Shown in pieces: positions 33,047 through 42,516 of a DNA stretch of 64,000 nucleotides. Source of the stretch: Luminiphilus sp. (GTDB lineage: Bacteria; Pseudomonadota; Gammaproteobacteria; Pseudomonadales; Halieaceae); the NCBI GenBank assembly GCA_012270045.1, contig JAAXJC010000153.1:107655-171654 (forward strand), in the 5' to 3' direction. The first letter of the stretch is position 1, and each line of letters starts with the position of its first letter. Made by a program: the position numbers and the translations under genes. Below the pieces are notes generated by a model. The model ran no database searches. It saw nothing but the letters and a program-made list of their open reading frames with translations, and had not been told where the DNA came from.

Positions 33047-33880
33047 TTAGCCAAACTCCTCTGCCATTGCCCGGGCGCGGTCGAGACAGGCCTGCATACC
33101 CTGATCAACCAGGGCCGTAAGCCCCGACGCTTCAAAACTGGCCAGGGCACGCTCGGTAGTGCCCCCAGGGCTGGTTACATTGATCCGCAGTGTTTCAATT
33201 GAACTGTCACTTTGATGGGCCAGGGTAGCTGCTCCCAGGGCGGTCTGCAGGGTCAGCCGGCTGGCGGTTTCCCTATCCAGGCCCAGCCGCTCTCCAGAGC
33301 TGATCATGGCTTCCATGAAGGCAAAGAAATAAGCCGGTCCGCTGCCGGATACGGCGGTCACCACATCAATCAGTGCCTCGTCCTCCAGCCATTGGGCTGT
33401 GCCTACAACGCGCATTACGGTTTCCACCCCCATGCGCTGGGTATCCGAGACCTCCGCACTGGCAAAGAGGCCGCAGGCACCGACCCCTATCAGGGCGGGT
33501 GTATTCGGCATACAGCGAACCACCGGCAAATCAGGATTTCCCAGCAGCGATTTCAGTGACTGGGTGTTGATGCCCGCGGCCACAGACATCACCACAGTTG
33601 TCGCTGCCAGGCGCTCACGCAGCTGGGAGGTGGCGCTGGCCATGAATTGGGGTTTGACGGCGAGTATGATCAGCTCGGCGCTGTCGAATGCCGCGCCGGG
33701 CGTTGCCGTCACGGTTTCCACGCCCATGGTCCTGAGCTTGGCCTGGGCGGCATCACTGGGGTCGGCGGCGCACAATTGCCCGGGTGAGTAGCCGGCATCC
33801 AACAGGCCCCCAATGATGGCCTGCGCCATGTTGCCCGCTCCGATGAAGCCGATGCGCCCGGGTAGATGGTTAATGTCCAA
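33047..33880 (-). CDS. proC: Pyrroline-5-carboxylate reductase
   Basis: IGFIGAGNMAQAIIGGL Rossmann N-terminus and C-terminal VTSPGGTTERAL. TTG start. Confidence 0.9.
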   Translation of the reverse strand: MDINHLPGRIGFIGAGNMAQAIIGGLLDAGYSPGQLCAADPSDAAQAKLRTMGVETVTATPGAAFDSAELIILAVKPQFMASATSQLRERLAATTVVMSVAAGINTQSLKSLLGNPDLPVVRCMPNTPALIGVGACGLFASAEVSDTQRMGVETVMRVVGTAQWLEDEALIDVVTAVSGSGPAYFFAFMEAMISSGERLGLDRETASRLTLQTALGAATLAHQSDSSIETLRINVTSPGGTTERALASFEASGLTALVDQGMQACLDRARAMAEEFG

Positions 33881-33955
33881 GGGACCGCCCCTGTTCCTAT
33901 TGAAAACGAGAGATTATACCGTGGCGTCAGTGCCCTTGGGACCGCCGGTGTCCCG

Positions 33956-34642
33956 CTATCGAGGGCCAAAAATATCGGTTCCCACACGCACCAGGGTGGC
34001 GCCCTCGGCGACCGCGGCCTCGAGATCCCCGGACATGCCCATGGACAAGGTATCCAGGGTCGGATGTCCCTTTTTCAGTCCGTCGAAAAGTGCCCGCAGC
34101 CTGGCGAACACCTCGCGCTGTTTGACCTGGTCTGTCGACGCTGCCGGTATCGTCATCAGGCCGCGCAGACAGAGGTTGGGCAGCGCTGCCAGTTGCCCCG
34201 CGAGGGCTTCCAGCTGTTGCGGTGTGGCGCCGGACTTGCTGGCCTCGTCGGACAGTTTGACCTGCAGGCAGATGTTCAGGGGCGGTAGGGACGGGTCCCG
34301 CTGCTCGCTCAATCTGCGGGCAATCTTGTAGCGATCCACGCTGTGGACCCAGTCCATTGCGTTGGCGAGGGAGCGGGTCTTATTCGACTGAATGGGGCCG
34401 ATGAAGTGCCATTCAATGCCGAGGTCGGCAAGCTCACGTGCCTTCAGCTCTGCCTCCTGGGCGTAGTTCTCGCCAAAAGCGCGCTGTCCGCCCGCCCAGG
34501 CGTCACGGATAAGTGTGGCGGGCTTTGTTTTGCTGACGGCCAACAGCTGCACCGACCCCGGCGGCCGGTTTGCGCCGCGCTCAGCTGCTGCAATCCGACC
34601 CCTGACATGGTGTAAATTGGCCGCTACATTTATTGTTCCCAT
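33956..34642 (-). CDS. yggS: PLP homeostasis protein YggS
   Basis: LLAVSKTKP (PLP lysine), HFIGPIQSNK, LSMGMSGDL and TLVRVGTDIFG motifs. Confidence 0.9.
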   Translation of the reverse strand: MGTINVAANLHHVRGRIAAAERGANRPPGSVQLLAVSKTKPATLIRDAWAGGQRAFGENYAQEAELKARELADLGIEWHFIGPIQSNKTRSLANAMDWVHSVDRYKIARRLSEQRDPSLPPLNICLQVKLSDEASKSGATPQQLEALAGQLAALPNLCLRGLMTIPAASTDQVKQREVFARLRALFDGLKKGHPTLDTLSMGMSGDLEAAVAEGATLVRVGTDIFGPR

Positions 34643-34699
34643 ACTGCCATGATAGCCCTATAGATCCTGGCAGGCAGCGTATCCCCTGGGAGAGAGATA

Positions 34700-35737
34700 A
34701 TGGATATCACCGAACTACTGGCGTTCAGCGCAAAACAGGGGGCCTCCGACCTGCACCTGTCTGCAGGGCTCCCCCCTATGATCAGGGTTGACGGTGATGT
34801 CCGCAGGATCAACGTCGCGCCCCTGGAGCATGCCCAGGTGCACGACCTGATGTATGACATCATGAATGATCGCCAGCGCAAGGATTTCGAGGAGTTCCTG
34901 GAAACCGACTTCTCCTTTGAAGTACCGGGTGTGGCCCGTTTCCGTGTCAACGCCTTCAACCAGAATCGCGGTGCCGGCGGTGTCTTCCGAACCATCCCTT
35001 CCAAGGTTTGGACCATGGAGGATCTGGGCATGGGAGAGGTGTTCAGGGATATCTCCCTGCTGCCAAGGGGCCTGGTATTGGTGACCGGGCCCACGGGTTC
35101 CGGCAAATCCACAACCCTGGCGGCGATGGTCGATTTTATCAATGACAACCGGTACGACCATATCCTGACCATTGAAGATCCCATCGAGTTCGTGCACGAG
35201 TCAAAACGCTGCCTGGTCAACCAGCGTGAGGTGCACAGGGACACCCTGGGCTTCTCCGAGGCCTTGCGTTCGGCGCTTCGGGAAGACCCCGACATCATCC
35301 TTGTGGGGGAGATGCGGGACCTGGAAACCATTCGTCTGGCGCTGACCGCTGCTGAAACCGGGCACCTGGTATTTGGCACCCTACACACGACCTCGGCAGC
35401 CAAAACCATAGACCGCGTGATCGATGTTTTCCCCGCGGCGGAGAAAGACATGGTGCGTTCCATGTTGTCCGAATCGCTTCAGGGCGTGATCTCCCAAACC
35501 CTGCTAAAGCGGCAGACCGGGGGCCGTATAGCCGCCCACGAAATTATGCGGGGCACCCCGGCCATTCGTAACCTGATTCGTGAGGACAAGGTGGCGCAAA
35601 TGTATTCTGCGATCCAGACGGGACAGGCCGTTGGTATGCAGACCATGGACCAGTGCCTGCAGGGCCTTGTTGACAAAAAACTGGTAACGCTGGAGGCGGC
35701 CCGTGAGAAAGCCCGGTCTCCCGATGCAATCAACTGA
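34700..35737 (+). CDS. pilT: Type IV pilus retraction ATPase PilT
   Basis: MDITELLAFSAKQGASDLHLSAG..., Walker A GPTGSGKST, and the AIRNLIRE PilT signature. Confidence 0.9.
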   Translation: MDITELLAFSAKQGASDLHLSAGLPPMIRVDGDVRRINVAPLEHAQVHDLMYDIMNDRQRKDFEEFLETDFSFEVPGVARFRVNAFNQNRGAGGVFRTIPSKVWTMEDLGMGEVFRDISLLPRGLVLVTGPTGSGKSTTLAAMVDFINDNRYDHILTIEDPIEFVHESKRCLVNQREVHRDTLGFSEALRSALREDPDIILVGEMRDLETIRLALTAAETGHLVFGTLHTTSAAKTIDRVIDVFPAAEKDMVRSMLSESLQGVISQTLLKRQTGGRIAAHEIMRGTPAIRNLIREDKVAQMYSAIQTGQAVGMQTMDQCLQGLVDKKLVTLEAAREKARSPDAIN

Positions 35738-35772
35738 ACAGATGGACCTGAATTTGGAAAGGGTGGCGCATC

Positions 35773-36888
35773 ATGGATGATTTACTGAAGGTAATGGTTG
35801 AACAACTGGCGTCGGATGGCTTCGTGACCGTGGAGGCCCCGGTCACCATCAAGGTTGATGGGCAACTGGTGCAGGTCAATACGCGTAACCTCACCGAAGC
35901 CGAGGTTCGGGAATTGATCAGGCAGACCATGACGCCCGAGCAGCATGAGCAGTTCGAACAACATCACGAGGCCAATTACGCCATTAACCATCCGGAGCAT
36001 GGGCGGTTCAGGGCCAGTGCCTTTGTCCAGCGCGGCTTGCCGGGTCTGGTGTTGCGCCGCATCAGCGCCGAGATACCCAGCCTTGGGGAACTGGGGTTGC
36101 CGCCGATTATTGAGCAACTGGCGATGATCAAACGGGGCCTCATCATTTTTGTCGGTGGTACGGGCACCGGTAAATCGACGTCCCTGGCCGCCATGCTGGA
36201 TTACCGCAACACCAACAGCCACGGCCATATTATTACGGTGGAAGACCCTATCGAGTATGTGCATCAGCACAAGGGCTGCCTGGTGACCCAGCGCGAGGTG
36301 GGGTTGGATACTGAATCCTATGAGGTCGCGTTGGCGAATACCCTGCGACAGGCGCCGGACGTCATCATGATCGGCGAGGTCCGCACCGCGCGCACCATGG
36401 AGGCGGCCCTCGCCTTTGCTGAAACCGGCCACCTCTGCCTCTGCACCCTACACGCCAACAACGCCAACCAGGCCCTGGATCGTATCCAGAGCTTTTTCCC
36501 GGCAGAGCAGCAAAACCAGGTCTGGATGGATCTGTCACTCAATATCCGTGCCATGGTGGCCCAGCAACTCCTGCCAACCAAGGAAGGCGGCAGCCGGACC
36601 CCTGTGGTCGAAGTGCTATTGGGGTCTGCCCTGGTGCAGGATCATATCCGGAAGGGTGAGGTGCACCTGATCAAGGATTTGATGGCCCGGTCCAATGAGC
36701 AGGGTATGCAGACCTTTGACCAGTCGCTGTTCAAGGCCTACCTCGAGGGCAGAATCTCAGAGGAAACGGCAGTTCGCCACGCGGATTCCGCCAACGATGT
36801 GCGTCTCAACATCAAACTCCATGAGCGGGGTGGCGATGCGCTGATGGACGAGGTTGACTATGAGGTGGACCGGGAGACGGCACGTTAA
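35773..36888 (+). CDS. pilU: Type IV pilus ATPase PilU
   Basis: PilT paralogue (GGTGTGKST, Asp/His boxes) directly downstream of pilT. Confidence 0.85.
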   Translation: MDDLLKVMVEQLASDGFVTVEAPVTIKVDGQLVQVNTRNLTEAEVRELIRQTMTPEQHEQFEQHHEANYAINHPEHGRFRASAFVQRGLPGLVLRRISAEIPSLGELGLPPIIEQLAMIKRGLIIFVGGTGTGKSTSLAAMLDYRNTNSHGHIITVEDPIEYVHQHKGCLVTQREVGLDTESYEVALANTLRQAPDVIMIGEVRTARTMEAALAFAETGHLCLCTLHANNANQALDRIQSFFPAEQQNQVWMDLSLNIRAMVAQQLLPTKEGGSRTPVVEVLLGSALVQDHIRKGEVHLIKDLMARSNEQGMQTFDQSLFKAYLEGRISEETAVRHADSANDVRLNIKLHERGGDALMDEVDYEVDRETAR

Positions 36889-37295
36889 TCTGACTCCCAC
36901 TCCGACAGCCAGGTCTGGAGAATAATCTGGGCCGCTTCCGCGTCAACGGGACGCTGTTGACCCTCTTCACCCCGCCGCAGCCTCGCCTCTCTTGAAGACA
37001 GGCGCTCGTCAACCAAAGCTACTGGCAAATTGAACCGTCCCTCCAGCTGACGACCGAAACGCTGGGCACGACGGGTTATTTCACCCGCGGTGCCGTCCAT
37101 GTTGACGGGATCCCCCACCAACAGCTGCTCCGGTTGCCACTGGGCCAGCAGTTGGGCCACCTCCTGCCAGTTGGGCACGCCGTCACGGGCTGGCAGGATA
37201 CAAAGGGGTTCGGAGGTGCCCAGCAAACCATTACCGACGGCAACACCGATGCGTTTCAGCCCCCAGTCAAAGGCCAGTATGCGGCCGACCGCCAT
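36885..37295 (-). CDS. ruvX: Holliday-junction resolvase-like nuclease RuvX (YqgF)
   Basis: ILAFDWGLKRIGVAVG N-terminus and DERLSS motif. Confidence 0.9.
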   Translation of the reverse strand: MAVGRILAFDWGLKRIGVAVGNGLLGTSEPLCILPARDGVPNWQEVAQLLAQWQPEQLLVGDPVNMDGTAGEITRRAQRFGRQLEGRFNLPVALVDERLSSREARLRRGEEGQQRPVDAEAAQIILQTWLSEWESD

Positions 37296-37297
37296 AT

Positions 37298-37852
37298 TCA
37301 GGCATGCCCTGCAGCGCTGGACAACAGGCGGATATCGATGCCCAGGCAGTGACCGGCAGCTTGCAGCCGTTCCTCACAGGGTACGGCAAAGAGAATATCG
37401 GGACTGGCGGGCACCGTGAGCCAGCTGTTCCGGGCTAATTCATCCTCCAGCTGCCCGGCGGCCCAGCCGGCGTAACCCAGGGCAATCAGGTGTTGGGGTG
37501 GCCCCGAATCCCTGCCGATAGCGGCGAGCACATCCCGTGACGTTGTCAGTGAAATGCCTGAAGCCACCTGCAATGTGGAATCCCATTCGCCATCGCCGTT
37601 GTGGAGCACGAACCCGTGGTCGACCCGAACGGGCCCACCCGCCAAAATAACCTGCTCTGTGGTCTCTGGTCTGTGGGGTATGTCCAGATGTTCGAGAATC
37701 TCGTCCAGGCCCACATCCAGCGGTTGGTTGACCACAATACCCATGGCGCCGGCCTCATTGTGCTCGCAAATATAGGTCAGGGACCCGGCAAAAAATCCTT
37801 CACTCAGTGTCGGCATCGCCATAAGGAAATGATTTTTGAGTGACTCAATCAT
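37298..37852 (-). CDS. YqgE/AlgH-family protein
   Basis: LKNHFLMAMP...F..SLTYICEHNEAGAMGIVVNQP is typical of UPF0301/AlgH. Confidence 0.85.
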   Translation of the reverse strand: MIESLKNHFLMAMPTLSEGFFAGSLTYICEHNEAGAMGIVVNQPLDVGLDEILEHLDIPHRPETTEQVILAGGPVRVDHGFVLHNGDGEWDSTLQVASGISLTTSRDVLAAIGRDSGPPQHLIALGYAGWAAGQLEDELARNSWLTVPASPDILFAVPCEERLQAAGHCLGIDIRLLSSAAGHA

Positions 37853-37891
37853 AATGGCGGGCGTCGCTGGCCAGCAGTCCTGCTACGCACT

Positions 37892-38674
37892 TCAGTTTGA
37901 CTCCATCTTTTCGCTGCGGAATTGCCAGGTACGGACGATATCCAGGCGGGGTGTTCTCTTGGCCAGGGCCTCGCTGAAAGGTGGGAAGGGTGCGGCCAGC
38001 ACAACGGTATCCTGGGCGGCCCTGTCCAGCCGGGCATCGCCCGACGACTCCAGCACCCGTATGCGCTGTAGGTTGCCGTTGGCGGCCACAGTCACCATCA
38101 AGCGGACATCGCCTTCGGCATTGAGCGGTTGACCGCGGTACAGGACATTACCTATCTGCTCAACCCGGGCCCGCCAGCGGGACAGATACTCTGCGTCCAA
38201 AGATCGGCGCGCCGCGACCGCGCCGATGCGTGTGTTTTCCACTGTCGACTGATCAGAGAGTGACGACAGCGCCTCCTTCAGGTCCTTGAGCTGGCGCTCC
38301 ACCGCCTCGGGGGTAATTTCATCCGGCGCCAGTTCTCCATCGGCGCCATCCAGTTCCCGGGAGATGGTCATCGTGGTTTGCATCTGGAACTGGGCTGCCA
38401 TCTGCTCAGGCTGCGCCACTTCAGCGATGCCCGCCTGGTCCTGCGCTGCGATATGGCGGGCGTCATCCGGCGCCTGATTGGCCGGGGTCAGAAGTACCGT
38501 GACGGCGACGCTTTGTGTCTGGAATTTTGGCCAGGCCACACCAAAGCCCAGGCCCAGCACCACCATGACATGAATGGCAGCGGCCGCGACAAAAGCGGGG
38601 GCTATCGGCTCCCTGAGCGGTTCAGAGACGGCCACCAGCCGCTTAGCGACCAAGTTTGGACCACTCCGCCGCAA
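37892..38674 (-). CDS. TonB-family energy transducer (TonB3-like position beside gshB)
   Basis: N-terminal TM anchor, acidic linker, and C-terminal TonB_C-like domain (GDVRLMVTVAANGNLQRIRVLESSGDARLDRAA). The start is uncertain (TTG 38674 overlaps gshB; alternative GTG 38635). Confidence 0.7.
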   Translation of the reverse strand: MRRSGPNLVAKRLVAVSEPLREPIAPAFVAAAAIHVMVVLGLGFGVAWPKFQTQSVAVTVLLTPANQAPDDARHIAAQDQAGIAEVAQPEQMAAQFQMQTTMTISRELDGADGELAPDEITPEAVERQLKDLKEALSSLSDQSTVENTRIGAVAARRSLDAEYLSRWRARVEQIGNVLYRGQPLNAEGDVRLMVTVAANGNLQRIRVLESSGDARLDRAAQDTVVLAAPFPPFSEALAKRTPRLDIVRTWQFRSEKMESN

Positions 38675-39602
38675 TGCAATCCATCAGCTGGCTGGCAATC
38701 CCCGGGGATGTTGCCGCTTCAATTTCCCGCAGACAGGTAGGACTGGTTACATTGATTTCAGTGAGAAAGTCACCGATCACATCCAGCCCCACGAACAACA
38801 GGCCACGCCGGCGCAGGTCGGGGCCAACCTGCTCGGCGATCCAGCGGTCCCGGTCACTCAGCGGTTGCACGCGCCCTGAACCCCCCGCGGCGAGATTGCC
38901 CCGGCTTTCACCGGCTAGGGGCACCCGTGCCAATGCGTAAGGGACCGCCTCACCATTGATCATGAGGATACGTTTGTCGCCGGCGCTGATCTCCGGCAGA
39001 TAAACCTGGGCCATGATGGTCTGTTGCCCGTTACCGGTCAGAGTTTCCAGGATGACGCTGAGGTTGGGGTCCTCCGGCTGCACCCTGAAAATGGAGCTGC
39101 CCCCCATGCCGTCCAGGGGTTTGAAGATGACATCGCCATGATGCTGGTGGAAGGCCCGAAGTTCATTTGGATCACGACTGACCAATAGCGTGGGACAGCA
39201 CTGGGGGAATTGGGTGGCGTACAGCTTCTCGTTGCAGTCGCGCAGGCTGGAACAACGGTTAACAATCACTGTCCCTCGGCGCTCGGCGTTTTCCAGCAAG
39301 TGCGTGGTGTAGACAAACTCCATGTCGAAGGGTGGATCCTTGCGCATCAAAATGGCGTCCAGGTCCGCCAGGTCCTTGTCTTCCACGTCCCCCAGGGAGT
39401 GGAAATCATCGGGGTCTTCCCGAACCTCCAGCGGCCGCATTTTGCCCCGGGCTGCGTCCCCGTCCAGGTAGAGGTTGTGTTGCTCCATGTACCAAAGTCG
39501 CCAACCCCTGTCCCGGGCTGCCCATAGCAGCGCCAGGGAGGTATCCTTCTTGTAATTACAGGCGTGGATGGGGTCCATGACCACGCCGATATCACGACTC
39601 AT
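38643..39602 (-). CDS. gshB: Glutathione synthetase
   Basis: ATP-grasp fold. DPIHACNYKKDTS..., KPLDGMGG, GDKRILMI and EINVTSPT motifs. Confidence 0.9.
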   Translation of the reverse strand: MSRDIGVVMDPIHACNYKKDTSLALLWAARDRGWRLWYMEQHNLYLDGDAARGKMRPLEVREDPDDFHSLGDVEDKDLADLDAILMRKDPPFDMEFVYTTHLLENAERRGTVIVNRCSSLRDCNEKLYATQFPQCCPTLLVSRDPNELRAFHQHHGDVIFKPLDGMGGSSIFRVQPEDPNLSVILETLTGNGQQTIMAQVYLPEISAGDKRILMINGEAVPYALARVPLAGESRGNLAAGGSGRVQPLSDRDRWIAEQVGPDLRRRGLLFVGLDVIGDFLTEINVTSPTCLREIEAATSPGIASQLMDCIAAEWSKLGR

Positions 39603-39680
39603 GGCAGAGTTCCGGTCACCAGGAAAACACTACGGTACGGGGCGCTGTCCAACCATGCAACCAAATCGGAATAAGTGACA

Positions 39681-40931
39681 ATGGGCGTACTTTATCTGGT
39701 GCTCACTATCTTACTGGCGGGTTCCACGCTGACCGCGCTGGTGCCCGGCCGTGCCCTGGGCTGGGCCGTACCGATCTGGTTCCTGATTTCCGCAGCCACC
39801 AACGAATTGGCTTTGTGGGGCCTGTTGTCGCACCTGCTTTTGCTCGCCCTGGGCCTGGCGCTGCTCGATCCTGGTGACGGCCCGGTCCAGGCCGGTCTCT
39901 GTCTGCTGCTGCTTTCAACCCTTGGCAAGCTGATACTCCTGAAGCGCCAGCTTGAAACCGGTCATCAACTGGAGCGGGCCCTGCAGGTCGGACTGGGCAC
40001 TGACTACCCCCTTGCGATAGCCGGTGACCGCCGCCGGCACCTGAGTTGGCAAATTTTTGCCCGGGATTGGTTGCGACCGGTCAGTTTCAGGCGCTACGGC
40101 GTTAACCGGGATCGGGATATCGCTTACGGCGATGCCGGTAAGCGCAACTTGTTGGATGTGTATACGGGTAGCACCGGTGGCAGCGGCCGGCCAGTGCTGC
40201 TGCAAATCCATGGCGGTGCATGGTTTCTTGGGCACAAAGGGGAGCAGGCTCTGCCCCTGATGCATCATATGGCGCGCCTTGGCTGGGTCGTGGTTGCCAT
40301 TAATTATCGTCTTGCCCCCCGGGCCACCTTCCCCGACCCCATCGTTGACGTCAAGAAAGCCATTGCGTGGATCCGCGACAACATCGAGCAGTGGGGCGGT
40401 AATCCCGACTTCATCGCCGTAACCGGCGGTTCCGCCGGTGGGCATCTGGCGGCATTGACAGCGTTGTCGGGCAACTATGCCCCGTGGCAGCCGGGTTTTG
40501 AGACGGCGGACACCCGGGTGCAGGCAGCCATGCCGCTCTATGGCGTCTACGACTTCTGCGACCGGGCCGGCATCCGCCACGGCACGCGCATCGACAACTA
40601 CGTCCTGGAACAATTGATGAAGACCACGCCGGAGCAGGATCCCGAGATCTATGATCTTGCATCCCCCGTGTGCTGGATAAGCGACGCTGTGCCGCCGATG
40701 TTTTATTTACAGGGAACCCATGACACCCTGGTTTGGGTGGAAGAGGCCCGTCGTTTTATAGCTGAGCTTAGTGCGGTCAGTGCCCAGCCACTGGTTTACG
40801 CGGAACTCGCCGGGGCCCAGCACGCCTTTGAAACAGTCCATTCCATGCGCACTTCCCATTACCTGAATGCGGCGGCCTGGTGGTTGGAGTGGGCCTATGG
40901 AGACTGGTGCAGCACCCGGCCTCAGGATTAA
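39681..40931 (+). CDS. Membrane-anchored alpha/beta hydrolase (esterase/lipase, HGG-motif family)
   Basis: About 3 N-terminal TM helices, then oxyanion HGGAW, nucleophile elbow GGSAGG, and downstream GTHD and AQHAF (Asp/His candidates). Confidence 0.7.
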   Translation: MGVLYLVLTILLAGSTLTALVPGRALGWAVPIWFLISAATNELALWGLLSHLLLLALGLALLDPGDGPVQAGLCLLLLSTLGKLILLKRQLETGHQLERALQVGLGTDYPLAIAGDRRRHLSWQIFARDWLRPVSFRRYGVNRDRDIAYGDAGKRNLLDVYTGSTGGSGRPVLLQIHGGAWFLGHKGEQALPLMHHMARLGWVVVAINYRLAPRATFPDPIVDVKKAIAWIRDNIEQWGGNPDFIAVTGGSAGGHLAALTALSGNYAPWQPGFETADTRVQAAMPLYGVYDFCDRAGIRHGTRIDNYVLEQLMKTTPEQDPEIYDLASPVCWISDAVPPMFYLQGTHDTLVWVEEARRFIAELSAVSAQPLVYAELAGAQHAFETVHSMRTSHYLNAAAWWLEWAYGDWCSTRPQD

Positions 40932-41653
40932 GCAATATCGCCCCAGCGCGAACCCAGCACTGCCAGTGCTGCAGCCGGCGCAGTTTCCGTTCGCAGCACC
41001 CTGGGTCCAAGACGAAGATTCTGGAACCCCGCTGTGGCAGCCCGCTCCAGGTCGGCTGGGGCTAGGCCACCTTCGGGCCCAACCAGTAGTGCCACCGAGC
41101 GCGGCGGTCGCTCGGGTAGTGCTCCCGGCTGTCGGTGGTGCAGCACCAGCCTGAGGTCCGCTGACTGCTGTTGGGCCCAGGTCAAGAGCTGGGTGGGTTC
41201 CGCAACCACGGGCACCACAGCCCGACCACTTTGTTCGCAGGCGCTGATCACGATCTGCTGCCAGTGCTGCCTGCGTTTGTCGATGCGTTCGGGTGGCAAC
41301 TTGACCTCCACCCGCTCGCTGAACAGGGGCGTGATGGAGGCAACACCCAGTTCGGTGCTTTTCTGTATGGCCCAGTCAAAGCGATCTCCCTTGCTCAGGC
41401 AGAGACCGAGATGGACTGTCAGGGGCGACTCGTTTTCTGGGTTACTAGCAGGGCCAACCGCCAGTGATGCCCCGCGCTTGTCGAGATGACTGATTTCGCA
41501 TTGCCAGTCCAGGCCACTGCCGTTGAAAAGGATGACCCGGTCACCGGGCCGGGCGCGCAGGACCCGGGCCAGGTGGTGTGCCGGAGCCGGTTCCAGGGCG
41601 ACCGAGGCGCCTTCTTCAAGCGACTGATTGGTGTACAGCCGAATTTCCCGCAT
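40928..41653 (-). CDS. rsmE: 16S rRNA (uracil1498-N3)-methyltransferase RsmE
   Basis: MREIRLY...HHLARVLRARPGD...LVGPEGGLAPADL...LGPRVLRTETA. Start at ATG 41653. Confidence 0.85.
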   Translation of the reverse strand: MREIRLYTNQSLEEGASVALEPAPAHHLARVLRARPGDRVILFNGSGLDWQCEISHLDKRGASLAVGPASNPENESPLTVHLGLCLSKGDRFDWAIQKSTELGVASITPLFSERVEVKLPPERIDKRRQHWQQIVISACEQSGRAVVPVVAEPTQLLTWAQQQSADLRLVLHHRQPGALPERPPRSVALLVGPEGGLAPADLERAATAGFQNLRLGPRVLRTETAPAAALAVLGSRWGDIA

Positions 41654-42500
41654 TTCCGCCACCATTTCTGCCAAGACCGACGTTTTGCGCAATGGTACAG
41701 ATCGGTTCGGCCTGATTCATGGTGTAAAAGTGGATCGCAGGGGCCCCGCTTTCAACAAGCGTCGCGCAGAGCTGGGATACCACCTCAATACCGAACTTGT
41801 AGACGCTCTCTGAATCGTCACCGAAGTCGGCAATCCGCTGGGCAATCCAGCGTGGGATTTCTGCCCCGCAGGCCGCCGAGAAGCGTTGCAGGTTGGCAAA
41901 GTTGGTGATGGGCATGATGCCCGGGTGGATGGGCTGGGTAATTCCCGCGGCAGCGCAGCGGTCCAGAAAATAAAAATAGGCTTCCACGTTGTAGAAGTAC
42001 TGGGTCACCGCACTGTTGGCCCCGGCATCCAGTTTTTCCTTAAGGAAATGGATGTCCCGGTCGTACCCTTCGGCCTCCGGGTGAATTTCAGGGTAGGCGG
42101 CGACCGCAATATCAAAGTGGTCCCCGGTTGTAGCTCTGACCAGAGACACCAGCTCGCTGGCGTGAATCAATTCATGGGCAGAGTCCACATCCGAGGGTAA
42201 ATCCCCGCGCAGGGCGACCAGTCGGTCAACCCCCTGATCCTGATATCGCCTGATCAGCGCCTCAATGGTGGTCCGGTCATCCGCCCCGAAACTCAGGTGA
42301 GGTGCAACATCGTAGCCCAGCTCCTGCAGTGCGGTGACCGTCGCCACCGTGGTGCTTCGGGTGGCGCCACCGGCGCCGTAGGTCACCGAACAGTAGTCCG
42401 GGTTCAGTGCCCAGAGCGCGGGCAGGGTGCTGGACAACAGTTTGTCCAGACCCGCACTGGTTTTTGGGGGAAAAAACTCGAGACTGCAGTTGCCTTCCAT
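41616..42500 (-). CDS. metF: 5,10-methylenetetrahydrofolate reductase
   Basis: SLEFFPPKT...SVTYGAGG...LRGD...HPE...THFYTMN-type motifs. ATG 42500 has GAGGAG upstream. Its 3' end overlaps the rsmE start. Confidence 0.9.
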   Translation of the reverse strand: MEGNCSLEFFPPKTSAGLDKLLSSTLPALWALNPDYCSVTYGAGGATRSTTVATVTALQELGYDVAPHLSFGADDRTTIEALIRRYQDQGVDRLVALRGDLPSDVDSAHELIHASELVSLVRATTGDHFDIAVAAYPEIHPEAEGYDRDIHFLKEKLDAGANSAVTQYFYNVEAYFYFLDRCAAAGITQPIHPGIMPITNFANLQRFSAACGAEIPRWIAQRIADFGDDSESVYKFGIEVVSQLCATLVESGAPAIHFYTMNQAEPICTIAQNVGLGRNGGGNAGNSAVHQSVA

Positions 42501-42516
42501 GGCCACGGGAAACTCC

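Noticed and set aside
33881-33946. Two copies of GGGACCGCC (33881-33889 and 33938-33946) in the yggS-proC spacer
   Set aside because: A 9-mer direct repeat in GC-rich DNA is too short to interpret, and there is no flanking symmetry or third copy. It may be part of the proC promoter or leader, but that is unsupported.
34630-35463. 277-aa minus-strand ORF across the pilT 5' half
   Set aside because: It is antisense to pilT, whose motifs are unambiguous. The product is Ser/Arg-rich, which is characteristic of the GC-rich antisense frame.
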